Part shown: in pieces, positions 45,410 through 55,182 of the stretch
How positions within the stretch are numbered: position 1 is the first letter of the stretch
Layout: the number at the start of each line of letters is the position of its first letter
Origin: Candidatus Ventrenecus stercoripullorum
GTDB lineage: Bacteria > Bacillota_I > Bacilli_A > RF39 > UBA660
DNA length: 63,859 nucleotides
Direction: 5' to 3'
NCBI GenBank assembly: GCA_018712835.1
Contig: DVGF01000038.1
Coordinates: 1-63,859, forward strand
The notes under the pieces: model-generated
What the model was told of the DNA's origin: nothing
The model's input: only the letters and a program-made list of their open reading frames with translations
The model's database searches: none
Translations under genes and position numbers: made by a program

Positions 45410-45588
45410 TGTATCCCTCCTTTCTTTCTCAAGATTGGAGGACGACACTCACATCAAATGTTCCGAGTAAAATTATATAATAATTGAATGATCAAAACAA
45501 GCAAATTGGTAAAGTTTTGATAAAAATTAGTACCAATGATATCATTTCAATACCAAAATATGTTAAGATATAGTCATAAGGGAAGGTT

Positions 45589-46113
45589 ATGATTATGGAT
45601 AGAACAGAAAAAGTAAGAAAATTACAAGAATTAAAGAAAGAAATCAAAAGAAAAGAATTGCAAATAATAGAGAAACAAAGTGAACTAAAAATATTAGAAG
45701 AAGAATATATGCAAGAAGAAACATCAGAGTTACCAATACTATTATTTTTAATTGATGAAACATTACCTATGCCAGATGAACCAAGAGATTTTATGTATGA
45801 ATATGTTTATTATTGTCCTGATACAGATGAAAAACTCTATATCGATCAGCATTCAGAGGAGGTATTTTTACCAAACACGATTGATTTACGAGATAGTTTT
45901 TCTACATTTAATGTTCCAAGAAAAAGTTTTCCTGCAACTGCATTAGATTATTCATCGGAAATTAATTTAGCAATAAGCATTTTAAAATCACAAATCGATG
46001 ATATATTTCGTCATGATACAATTGATTCTTGGGCTGATTTAGGAGCATCTTTAAAAGTAGCAGCTTTAGAAAAACAATTTTCTAGAGACTTAAAAGCAAC
46101 TAAACAGAATTGA
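45589..46113 (+). CDS. Hypothetical protein (174 aa, N-terminal coiled coil)
   Basis: ORF with RBS-like GGGAAGG; no family recognised. Confidence 0.6.
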   Translation: MIMDRTEKVRKLQELKKEIKRKELQIIEKQSELKILEEEYMQEETSELPILLFLIDETLPMPDEPRDFMYEYVYYCPDTDEKLYIDQHSEEVFLPNTIDLRDSFSTFNVPRKSFPATALDYSSEINLAISILKSQIDDIFRHDTIDSWADLGASLKVAALEKQFSRDLKATKQN

Positions 46114-46206
46114 TTAAGCTATTTACAAAGAATAATTTGTGAATATATGTAAACTAGCCAAAAACAAATCTCTTGACAAACCTAATCCAAAAAGAGTAAA
46201 CTTTTC

Positions 46207-46719
46207 ATGTACAAAATAGAAAGTAGGCTAGATATGGTACCAAATAAATTTGATGAATTATTTCAAAGCAAAGATACAGTATATATTTTTGATGTGGATG
46301 GTGTCCTAGCAAGAATAGAGTATGGAGAATATAACCATTATTACTATGATGACGAAGCATGGGGCAAAAACATTTATAAAATGAATTATTATGAAGATTA
46401 CCGAGCAATCAAAACGATGCAAAACTTTTTAAGTGATAAAGATATGAAAAGAGTTTACGTATGTACAAAAGTAATGAACGAAGAAGAATTTAGACAAAAG
46501 AGTGATTTCCTAGAAAAAAACTATCATATCCAAAAAGAACACATGTATTTAGTATATAAAAACGAAGACAAATTAGAAACCATAAAACAAATTCAAAAAG
46601 AGTATCCCAATCTAGAAGAAAAATACTTTGTCTTAATCGATGATAGTGTGGATGTACTAAACCATGTGATGGAAAATTCTAAGTTTAGTACAGTTCACAA
46701 CAGTAGTTTTCTCCCTTAA
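46207..46719 (+). CDS. HAD-superfamily hydrolase, 5'(3')-deoxyribonucleotidase-like
   Basis: VYIFDVDGVLA (DxDG nucleophile motif) and the late VLIDDS motif. Confidence 0.6.
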   Translation: MYKIESRLDMVPNKFDELFQSKDTVYIFDVDGVLARIEYGEYNHYYYDDEAWGKNIYKMNYYEDYRAIKTMQNFLSDKDMKRVYVCTKVMNEEEFRQKSDFLEKNYHIQKEHMYLVYKNEDKLETIKQIQKEYPNLEEKYFVLIDDSVDVLNHVMENSKFSTVHNSSFLP

Positions 46720-46751
46720 GAAAACTATTTTTTTATGAAAAAAAGAAACCA

Positions 46752-47729
46752 TTACTGATTTCCTTCAATATAAAATGCATAATATTCATCATAGGTAATT
46801 CCTTCATCATGAATAACTTTTGCAACATCCTTACCAACATAACGCCAATGCCATGACTCAGGAGAGTATCCAGTAATATAAGTTTTATCCTCTGGATATC
46901 TTTCTATCCATCCATATTCATGTGCGTGTTTTTGTAGCCATTTATAAGCCTCACTATCAGAAAAACTTTCCGCATTAGGCTCCGTCGTACTTGTCATATC
47001 TACAACAAGTCCTGTTTGGTGTTCAGAGTGTCCTGGTCTTGCTGCAATTTCATTCGCTCTTCGTTCTCCCAAAGAAGTCTTATAATCATTATATACAGCT
47101 TCTTGACTAGCATAGTCTCGATAACTAGAATTCACCATTAAATAAAAGCCTTCCTCATGAGCAGCGTCCCATAAATCAATAAAAGCATCATAAGCATAAT
47201 CAACTAATTTATTATCGCCTTCATTTCCATAAGAATAATCCAAAGAAATATTTTTTAAATTCTCAGGAGTATAATCACTAGAAAGTGCATAAAATTTGTT
47301 AACATTGACACGCTCATTTAACGAAGGATCACTATCCAAAATAGTTTCATACCAGTTTTGATAAGCATGAACATTAACAACAGCCACAACATCACTAAGA
47401 CTTAATTCAGCTTCTTCCTCATGATATTCCAAATACGTATCTAAATTTTTTGATAAAAAATATTTTTCATTGACAAGGTCTACAATCGTATCATTCTTAT
47501 CTTTTCCTAAAATATTAGCAATTTCTTCTGAACTTAACTTTCCTTGTAAAATAGTTGCTTGCTCTAGTGTATATCCTTTCTCTATAAGTTTATATTCATC
47601 TGTTTGTTGATACTCTATTCGCTTATAAAAATTAAAACCAAGAATAGAAATGACAATAACTGCAACCACACCAGCAAACAGAAAGTAGGCTTGTTTCTTT
47701 AATTTCAATTTTCTTTTTTTTCTCTTCAT
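46752..47729 (-). CDS. M15B D-alanyl-D-alanine carboxypeptidase (VanY-like), membrane anchored
   Basis: N-terminal TM helix, then SSYRDYASQ, RPGHSEHQTGLVVD and ESWHWRYVG. Confidence 0.85.
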   Translation of the reverse strand: MKRKKRKLKLKKQAYFLFAGVVAVIVISILGFNFYKRIEYQQTDEYKLIEKGYTLEQATILQGKLSSEEIANILGKDKNDTIVDLVNEKYFLSKNLDTYLEYHEEEAELSLSDVVAVVNVHAYQNWYETILDSDPSLNERVNVNKFYALSSDYTPENLKNISLDYSYGNEGDNKLVDYAYDAFIDLWDAAHEEGFYLMVNSSYRDYASQEAVYNDYKTSLGERRANEIAARPGHSEHQTGLVVDMTSTTEPNAESFSDSEAYKWLQKHAHEYGWIERYPEDKTYITGYSPESWHWRYVGKDVAKVIHDEGITYDEYYAFYIEGNQ

Positions 47730-47839
47730 TTACTGTATCCTCCTACAATTCATTATAACATAATTCATTTGTTCTTGCATTTTTTTCCATTCCGTTGTAT
47801 TCTTTATTTAAGAGTATTTTAGAAAGTAGGGGATAAACA

Positions 47840-48199
47840 GTGGATAATGCAAAAAAAATACTAGATTATTGTAAGAATTACCAAAGAATAGTTAATTTTG
47901 ATTATTTGCAAGATGACTTAATCTCTGCCAAATTAATCAGAGTATATAAAGATTATGTATTTAAAGTAAATATTAATAGCAGTGAAGAAGTAGAGGAACT
48001 AACACATTTTGATTATGTTCTTGGAAAATATATTGATGATTATAATTTTAGAAAAGAATTAAAAAAAGAAATTGTTCATGTCAAAATCAAAAAAAGTTGT
48101 ACAGACATTTTACGGGCAATTGTCGCAAGTATCTTAAAAATATTTGATAATTATTTAGAAAATTCTACCAGAAAAATTACAATCGCACGTTGGATTTAA
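47840..48199 (+). CDS. Hypothetical protein (119 aa)
   Basis: GTG start after AGGGGA; no motif recognised. Confidence 0.5.
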   Translation: MDNAKKILDYCKNYQRIVNFDYLQDDLISAKLIRVYKDYVFKVNINSSEEVEELTHFDYVLGKYIDDYNFRKELKKEIVHVKIKKSCTDILRAIVASILKIFDNYLENSTRKITIARWI

Positions 48200-48258
48200 A
48201 TTTTCCCTTGCGAATACGTCATTTTTTTGATATATTCTTTATGTTTGGAGGGTGAGTT

Positions 48259-48375
48259 ATGAAAACTTATAAGAAAAATTTACCAGACGGTGTAAAAAAA
48301 GTATTTACAACCGAACGTGGTGTAAAAGTAAGAATATTAAATAAAAAATATTGTAAAAAAAAGAGTTCAAAATAA
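48259..48375 (+). CDS. Possible small basic protein (38 aa)
   Basis: ATG 7 nt after GGAGGGTGA. MKTYKKNLPDGVKKVFTTERGVKVRILNKKYCKKKSSK. Ends inside the terminator hairpin. Confidence 0.35.
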   Translation: MKTYKKNLPDGVKKVFTTERGVKVRILNKKYCKKKSSK

Positions 48376-48390
48376 GAAAACTCTTTTTTT
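48355..48390. terminator. Bidirectional terminator between convergent genes
   Basis: Stem AGAGTT/AACTCT, flanked by an A-run and a T-run. Confidence 0.6.
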
Positions 48391-49132
48391 ATGCTAGTGA
48401 ACTTTCTCCGGTTAAATAATCAATTGTAATACCATCTTGTACATTATAAATATAAACATTGAACTGGACACCTGCACCATTATCTTCTACAGAGTATGCT
48501 TCCATTTGCACTCCACTAGCTAGTAAATTATCTCCCTCAAAATAAGGAGTTACCCGATACAAGACATGATTGTTTGTTTCTTTAATATAATCAGCAACTT
48601 GATTTTCAAACTCAAGCATCACCCCAACATTCATCTGTCTAGTACATGTAATTAAATTCTTTTCATTCGCATCTTCACCAGTTAATTGATAGCCTATTAA
48701 ATGACACCGATTATATAAATATTTTCCACTGACAATATCATACTTTACCGTATGCCATCCGCTTGGTTGTACCATTCCGATACTACCACGTTCTTCCGTA
48801 GGCATTAAATCACTTCCGATACTAGCCATTGCGACACCACAACGTCCAAGACTATCTAATTCACTGTAAGACTCATACGATGTCGTAGTGTAATCACTTT
48901 CCCAAAAACTAGGTACATTATTATTTAAAATAACGTATTCTTCTCCTGTGTAATCAGGAACATTCTCTAAAGAATAACTAGTGGGAGTATTACCATAAGA
49001 TGTTTCAATCACAGAAAAGAAATCTTCTCGATAATAACCAATATATGCGACTAAAAGAAAAATAAGTACGCCTAAAACAACCTGATAAATATTAGTTGTT
49101 TTTTTCTTTCTTCGTCGTCTTCGCTTCGCCAT
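48389..49132 (-). CDS. DNA/RNA non-specific endonuclease (DNA-entry-nuclease-like), membrane anchored
   Basis: N-terminal RRRRKKK plus a TM helix, then GWHTVKYD, YLYNRCHLIGYQLTGE, NLITCTRQMN. Confidence 0.8.
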   Translation of the reverse strand: MAKRRRRRKKKTTNIYQVVLGVLIFLLVAYIGYYREDFFSVIETSYGNTPTSYSLENVPDYTGEEYVILNNNVPSFWESDYTTTSYESYSELDSLGRCGVAMASIGSDLMPTEERGSIGMVQPSGWHTVKYDIVSGKYLYNRCHLIGYQLTGEDANEKNLITCTRQMNVGVMLEFENQVADYIKETNNHVLYRVTPYFEGDNLLASGVQMEAYSVEDNGAGVQFNVYIYNVQDGITIDYLTGESSLA

Positions 49133-49196
49133 CTACTTCACCTACCATATAAATATTATACCATACTAAAATATTAAGAAGAAAAAAACATTCAAA

Positions 49197-50774
49197 TTAC
49201 AACCGTAACTTAAATGTTTTAGGAGCCAAATGATAAACAAGAAATAATGAAATAAGAGAGTAAAGAATGCAAAAGATACAAGTTGCAATTCCAAAGTAAA
49301 ATGTCGGTAAATGTAAATCAATCATAAAATAACAAACAAAATAAGTAAGTCCTTGTACTAAACTATAAGTGCTGCTTTTCATTTCTGTTTGTACATTGTA
49401 AGGTTGTAATAAATAATACATCACAAGATAATGAACAGAAAAGAAGACACTCATAGCCGGTATAGAAACAAAGAGTACAAGGTAGTTAAAAAGATTATCT
49501 GTTCCTCCAGTCACATATAGTAAAATAGTAAGAGCACTTCCTAAAATAAATGCTGGAATAAGATTTAAAGAAATCAACGTTTTTAGTCTCTCACGAAAAA
49601 TTCCTAAAATGACTCTTGGTGTCCGGTAAATACGATAAGTAAGCATACTATGATCACAGTTCATAAACATCGCTTGAGTTACAGTGGTCCCACGGTTTAA
49701 TAAATACATAATAAATACAAAGTAAGGTAGATAAGTAAGCAAAAGCCCATTAATCTCTCCATGAATATCTTTATTAATAAGTAAAAGAACCAATGCTCCT
49801 AGAAATAATAGAAGAATTACAATAGATTGTTTTTTTATTGCTAAAGTAAGTATTTTACGATGTCTTTTTACAAATAAATCATGGAAGAAAGCAAACCCTT
49901 TCTTATTACTAGTAAATCGTGCATCAAATTGAATATATTTATGAGTTGTTTCTTGTGTAACCTTATTTTTTTGTTCACTTGCTGAAAGAATAATAGAATG
50001 ATTGGCAAGTAAAAAACGATAAATAGAAAAATAATAAGGAAAATACCAAATCTTAACCCACGCATAAATGCCACAAAGTGCAAAAAATAGAAATAAAATA
50101 CCAAAGACAAGTGGCGTAATTGTGATATGAAGAGCCGGAAGACCATAAGCACATAACAAGCAAATACCAACAACAATCCAATAACTTTTAGGAGGATTAT
50201 TCTCATTGATAACTTGTTTTTTATTCTGATAAACAGCTAAATTATAACAAGACACAATACTTTTCGTGAAAGCTATAAAAAAGGGAAGAAGAATAGAAAT
50301 CCAAAGAGGCATACCAATTAGAAATCCAAATAAAAGAGTAAAAGGAAGAAATCCAATAATTGTCTTTAACATCGAGTAAAGATAATTACTAACAGTATAC
50401 CATCTAGCATCCATTCGCATCAGTATCATCGCATAATACTTATCCTTTGTTGGATTAAACATATAAGTATTCATAAGTGCTCCAGCAATGGTTAAAAAGA
50501 AGATAAGATGTAAAAAAGTGTTAGCTGGATTGGTTGGATATAAAGTTAAAAATGCATAAATCATGAGCCAAAGATAAAGAATTTTACCTAAGAAAATATT
50601 AACTATTTCTAACAGAATACTAATAATATTTCCAAGTATTTTTAAAGCCTTACTTTGATAAAGACGATCAAGTAATATCTTCTTTACAAGTGGTATCTGC
50701 TTCAAAGAATAAAGAATACTATTCACGCGATAGGCATTTCTTAATCGAAATGACAAAACAAAAGAATGCAACAT
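49197..50774 (-). CDS. Polytopic membrane protein, probable permease partner of the ABC ATPase
   Basis: At least 10 hydrophobic helices. Lies 4 nt downstream of the ABC ATPase gene. Confidence 0.7.
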   Translation of the reverse strand: MLHSFVLSFRLRNAYRVNSILYSLKQIPLVKKILLDRLYQSKALKILGNIISILLEIVNIFLGKILYLWLMIYAFLTLYPTNPANTFLHLIFFLTIAGALMNTYMFNPTKDKYYAMILMRMDARWYTVSNYLYSMLKTIIGFLPFTLLFGFLIGMPLWISILLPFFIAFTKSIVSCYNLAVYQNKKQVINENNPPKSYWIVVGICLLCAYGLPALHITITPLVFGILFLFFALCGIYAWVKIWYFPYYFSIYRFLLANHSIILSASEQKNKVTQETTHKYIQFDARFTSNKKGFAFFHDLFVKRHRKILTLAIKKQSIVILLLFLGALVLLLINKDIHGEINGLLLTYLPYFVFIMYLLNRGTTVTQAMFMNCDHSMLTYRIYRTPRVILGIFRERLKTLISLNLIPAFILGSALTILLYVTGGTDNLFNYLVLFVSIPAMSVFFSVHYLVMYYLLQPYNVQTEMKSSTYSLVQGLTYFVCYFMIDLHLPTFYFGIATCIFCILYSLISLFLVYHLAPKTFKLRL

Positions 50775-50778
50775 AAAC

Positions 50779-51477
50779 TTATTCCTCCATTAAAGAGGCC
50801 ATAATTTTTTCTTTAAAAGCCTTTTCACTTTTTCTATCAGGTTCAATAGGTTTTAAAACACCTTTATTTAATACAACAATTTCATCGCACAAATCCAAAG
50901 CTAGTTCCATAATATGAGTAGAAAAAATAATAATATGGTCCTTTTTAATACTGCGTAATAAATTCTTCATTTCTTCTGCTACCACCACATCAAAACTAGT
51001 TAAAGGTTCATCTAACAAAAGGACTTTAGGACTCATAATAATATTAACAAGCATTTGCATCTTGTTTTTCATACCATGAGAATAATCCTTTAATAGTTTG
51101 TCACGGTCTTCTTCTAAAATCTTCATTAATTCAAAATATTCATCGATAGATCTCAAATTAGTAATGTGTTCTTCATTAATATCAATGAAAAACTTTAGAA
51201 ATTCTCGTCCTGTTAAAAATTCAGGAACATTTGGTGTAGAAAGAACATAACCAATATCTTCAGCTTCCATCGGTCTTTTTTGTTTATCTTCGACTAGATA
51301 AAAAGAACCCTCATCTACTTCCAAATCTTCATTCAAACAATTAAATAGAGTAGTCTTTCCAGCTCCATTTCGTCCTAATAAACCATAAATTTTACCTTTT
51401 TCAAATTCAAAATCAATTCCTTTTAATACTTCTTTTTTATCAAATCTTTTTTTTACATTTTCAATAACTAATTTCAT
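50779..51477 (-). CDS. ABC transporter ATP-binding protein
   Basis: Walker A GRNGAGKTT, signature-like YSHGMKNKMQM, Walker B LLLDEP. Confidence 0.9.
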   Translation of the reverse strand: MKLVIENVKKRFDKKEVLKGIDFEFEKGKIYGLLGRNGAGKTTLFNCLNEDLEVDEGSFYLVEDKQKRPMEAEDIGYVLSTPNVPEFLTGREFLKFFIDINEEHITNLRSIDEYFELMKILEEDRDKLLKDYSHGMKNKMQMLVNIIMSPKVLLLDEPLTSFDVVVAEEMKNLLRSIKKDHIIIFSTHIMELALDLCDEIVVLNKGVLKPIEPDRKSEKAFKEKIMASLMEE

Positions 51478-51495
51478 AATAAATCCTTTCTATGC

Positions 51496-52131
51496 TTAAG
51501 ATAAATCATCTTTAATTTTCACTCCCAATAATCTTACGATAGTAGGGCTTTGAAACATATCAATAATCATTCCTTGTACAGATGTATAATCAAATAACGT
51601 TCCTTCAATAAAACATGTGGAAAAATCTATTTGTCTAAGACTAGTATGAAAAAACTCAGCTTCTTCAAAATGTACCTTATCCAAAAAAACATTCTTAAAT
51701 AAAACCTCACTAAACGTAGTCCAACGAAAGTCACTCTCACAAACCTTAAAATTTTCTATTTTACTACCATAAAAATTAGCATACTCCACCTGACATTCTA
51801 AAAAAGAAACGTCTTTAATATGACTATCAATAAAGCTAGTTCCCAAAAGCTTACAATTAGAAAAAGAAAACCGACTAATGAGCTTTTTATCAAACCTTTG
51901 ATTAGATAAATCACAATTCTTAAAAACCACATCAACAAAATCAACATTTTCTAACTTGATATCTGTAAAATCAATATTTTCAAAGATACAAGTATCAAAA
52001 GTGACATCTTGAATGAGGAGAGGCTTTTTAGAAATATCACGAAAAATTCCTTGATAAAATTCGTGTGTTTCCACGCATTCCAAAAAGTTTTTCAAAACAC
52101 ATTCCTTAATTTTTGGCGTATTTAATTTCAT
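51496..52131 (-). CDS. Pentapeptide-repeat protein
   Basis: A long run of A(D/N)LxF-type pentads (FENIDFTDIKLENVDFVDVVFKNCDLSNQRF...). Confidence 0.8.
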   Translation of the reverse strand: MKLNTPKIKECVLKNFLECVETHEFYQGIFRDISKKPLLIQDVTFDTCIFENIDFTDIKLENVDFVDVVFKNCDLSNQRFDKKLISRFSFSNCKLLGTSFIDSHIKDVSFLECQVEYANFYGSKIENFKVCESDFRWTTFSEVLFKNVFLDKVHFEEAEFFHTSLRQIDFSTCFIEGTLFDYTSVQGMIIDMFQSPTIVRLLGVKIKDDLS

Positions 52132-52159
52132 AAAAACTTCCTCTTTTCAAAAACGCTAA

Positions 52160-52984
52160 TCATGCCTCTAATATTTTAATAGTTCCAATTCCGCCATCGA
52201 TATCAATATAATCTTGTCCTTGTCCATAAGTAGAGTCATCCCTCATATCCTCATCTTGGATAGTAACAGAGCCAATCCCTTTATTTACGTGAAAAGTATA
52301 ACGATTTAACCCATTCTCTAAATGAAGAGCGACACTTCCAATGCCAGCATTCATTTCACTTTTTCCAATTAATTCTCCATGAAGCGTAAACTTACCAATT
52401 CCTAAATCCAAATCCGCATTGGTAAGAGTAGAGGACTCAATATTCATTTCTCCAGCTCCTCCAAAAATATCAGCCTTCGAATGAATATAAACATCACGAA
52501 GAGAAACCCTCCCAGCTCCTTGGTCTAATTCAAAATAATAACTTTGTAACCCCGAAATATCAATCGTTCCAGCTCCTGCCTCAATCGCAACTTTTTCAAA
52601 AACAGAGTCTGGAAGAGAAATAACTAAACAATCCTGTTCATTCCCAAAAGAACTGTCTAAAAAGTTGACATTTTCTCGAATATACGCAGTATTATCTTTT
52701 TTCTCATAAGTAATAGCAGAACTATTAGAGCTCACTTGAAACTCTGAACCTCTTTGAATAACCAAATGAGTAAAATTAAGTTCAATATCTAACTTAGAAG
52801 GAAAAGTAGTTTCACTAGCTATCTCCGTCATATGAGAAGAGCAAACAACTTCTTCCTCATCATAAAGCCCTAAGAAACTTCCAAACAACCGAAATCCCCA
52901 TAAAATAAGAAAAATAATTTGAAAGATTAAAAAGAACGCTAGTAAAATCGCTCCATATTTAATGATTTTTTGCCAAGTTGTCAT
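52160..52984 (-). CDS. DUF4097-like beta-repeat protein with N-terminal TM helix
   Basis: Repeated G(A/I)G-x-(I/V)-x-(I/L) units (GAGTIDISG, GAGRVSLRD, GIGSVALHL, GIGTIKILE). Confidence 0.6.
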   Translation of the reverse strand: MTTWQKIIKYGAILLAFFLIFQIIFLILWGFRLFGSFLGLYDEEEVVCSSHMTEIASETTFPSKLDIELNFTHLVIQRGSEFQVSSNSSAITYEKKDNTAYIRENVNFLDSSFGNEQDCLVISLPDSVFEKVAIEAGAGTIDISGLQSYYFELDQGAGRVSLRDVYIHSKADIFGGAGEMNIESSTLTNADLDLGIGKFTLHGELIGKSEMNAGIGSVALHLENGLNRYTFHVNKGIGSVTIQDEDMRDDSTYGQGQDYIDIDGGIGTIKILEA

Positions 52985-53667
52985 TTGATTTCAACCTCAC
53001 CAAATAAACAAGTAGCATTGATATAAAGAGTATGCTTATCTTCATTTTTTTCATCATGTTTATGATGATTATCAACACCTCCAAAAATAGAGTTAGACTT
53101 CACTTTAACTTTTACGTTTTTAGGAACATAAATATCGATGCCACCAAAAATAGCAGAACAATTAATAACTTGATTTTCCTTAATAGTAGATTTTCTTAAA
53201 TCAAGTTTTAATCCTCCAAAAACACTTGTTAAATTAGCCCCTTGAAATACTTCCTCATCATAGTCGACGTCTTGACTAGAAAAAGTAGAGCAGTACTCAT
53301 TTTCTTTATTTTTAGATTGATTAATTTTCTTAATTTCTTTATTAATTTTACTATGCAAACTATCTTTAAAAAGAAAAGATAACCCAATAATAATTAAAAT
53401 CGCTGGCAATAAAAGTTTCCAAACTAGTTCAAAATTTAAAACATTCAAACAGCAGAGTAGAAGAACAACTCCAATCACAAGTCCAATAAAGTTGCCAGTT
53501 TTTCCAGGCTCTGTAAGTAAACCAATAAAACACGGAACAATAATAAATAAAGTCCACCATCCATCAAAGAAAATATTGATATGAGTGATATCTAAAGCGT
53601 TAAGACCTAAAATCACTCCAAGGATAATCAAAACTATCCCCCATAAAAAATTCTTAAATTTGTTCAT
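52981..53667 (-). CDS. LiaF-like cell-wall-stress membrane protein
   Basis: Four TM helices followed by SVFGGLKLDL...SAIFGGIDIYVP...SIFGGV. The start was moved to the ATG after GGGAG. 4-nt overlap with the downstream gene. Confidence 0.65.
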   Translation of the reverse strand: MNKFKNFLWGIVLIILGVILGLNALDITHINIFFDGWWTLFIIVPCFIGLLTEPGKTGNFIGLVIGVVLLLCCLNVLNFELVWKLLLPAILIIIGLSFLFKDSLHSKINKEIKKINQSKNKENEYCSTFSSQDVDYDEEVFQGANLTSVFGGLKLDLRKSTIKENQVINCSAIFGGIDIYVPKNVKVKVKSNSIFGGVDNHHKHDEKNEDKHTLYINATCLFGEVEIK

Positions 53668-53938
53668 AATTTTCTCCCTCACTTTTAATGTCTTTATTAT
53701 ATCATTTACTTATCTATATGAAAACAAGAAAGCATAAAATAACAATTTCTTTTTTTAAAATCATTTCAGTTGAATGAAGTTTGTTATTTTAATCGGAAAA
53801 TTATAGGAAAGGGAGAAGAAGAAAAAATTTGTTTTACCGCTCTTTAGATTATTTACTCATATATAATAACTTAAATTTTAGGTATATTTTTATTTTTTGG
53901 TAGTATATGAATAAAGTCTTCATTTTTATAATTTTCTT

Positions 53939-54538
53939 TTAAAGTTCACATTGATTATAAAAAATATCTTTGATAGTATTTCCAGTAACACAAAAGGCTT
54001 GAATTCCACATTCTTTCGCAACTTGTACATTCTTTTCTATATCATCAAAAAAATAAATATCATTAGGATTAACTTGTAAAGTATCTATCATTTTAAGGTA
54101 AATATCTTTGTCTGGCTTATTTAAATGCATTTCATAAGATAAAAATAATCTATAAAATTTATGAACATCAAAATGGCTTTGAAACCATTCAAAGTCGATT
54201 TTTCTTAAATTAGAAAGCAAGCAGACTTTTTTTCTTTGCTTGATTAATTGATCAATAATGTCTACTGTATCAGAGAAAAAAACACCTTTAGCTTCATAAT
54301 AAATCCGTTTATATTCTTCTATAGATTTTTGGCTTTTTGAAAAATCTAATAATTTTTGAATATGCTTTTTATCCGAAATAAGCCCGGCGTGAGCATCAAT
54401 AACTGATTTATCATAAAGAAAAAAAGATAAAAAGTTTTCATAAGAAATAAGACAGTCTAGTTTTTCATATAAAAATTTTGTGTTGATAGGTGTTACAATA
54501 ACATTTCCTAAATCAAATACATATATTTTTTCTTTCAT
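53939..54538 (-). CDS. HAD-superfamily hydrolase
   Basis: IYVFDLGNVI (motif I), LLSN (motif II), FFDD (motif IV). The start is the ATG after GGAGG. Confidence 0.8.
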   Translation of the reverse strand: MKEKIYVFDLGNVIVTPINTKFLYEKLDCLISYENFLSFFLYDKSVIDAHAGLISDKKHIQKLLDFSKSQKSIEEYKRIYYEAKGVFFSDTVDIIDQLIKQRKKVCLLSNLRKIDFEWFQSHFDVHKFYRLFLSYEMHLNKPDKDIYLKMIDTLQVNPNDIYFFDDIEKNVQVAKECGIQAFCVTGNTIKDIFYNQCEL

Positions 54539-54819
54539 TATTTCCTCCATATCTTAGTATAATTATTATATCATTGAGTACTAAAATAAAAAAGAGAATA
54601 ATCTTTTATATTCTCTAATATCTTAAAGCAAATTATTGTTTTTAATCTATTAAAATAATAACTAAAATAGCAATCCCAAAAATCACTAAAGCCTTGAAAA
54701 ATTAAATAAAAAAATAATTTTCGACATTTTAAGGGAATTATATTTACTTTTGTTCGGCAAAATTCTATAACGTACGTACAAAAGTAAATGAGATAGATAT
54801 AAACGTTTTAAAAGAAGCT

Positions 54820-55032
54820 ATGGATAATACATTTACTAAAAGGAATTCATTTGAATATTTAAATGACTATGAACAAATTATAGATTCGATAATTGTTAAT
54901 GAAAGAATAGAAAAATTATGGAATATTTATAGTAATAAGTATAAATATGCTAGTGGTATAGATATTTATGAAATATTAAATTTATTGAAAAATATAATTA
55001 AAGAAGTAGATTTAGAACTTGTTGCAGTATAG
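54820..55032 (+). CDS. Hypothetical protein (70 aa)
   Basis: ORF only. Confidence 0.4.
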   Translation: MDNTFTKRNSFEYLNDYEQIIDSIIVNERIEKLWNIYSNKYKYASGIDIYEILNLLKNIIKEVDLELVAV

Positions 55033-55182
55033 AACTATTGTAACGGTGATATAAAAGGAAACAACACTGTATGTTGTTTTTTTATTAACCTTTAAAGATG
55101 TTATCTGCGTAAGCAGAAAATCAAAAAAAGGTCAAGAAATTAATTATTTAATTTCCCGACAGCTTCTATAAAAAAATTCAAA

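Noticed and set aside
37005-45500. Calling the segment a classical integrative element or prophage remnant
   Set aside because: No integrase, recombinase, transposase or phage structural gene is visible. I therefore report only the repeat and cassette architecture.
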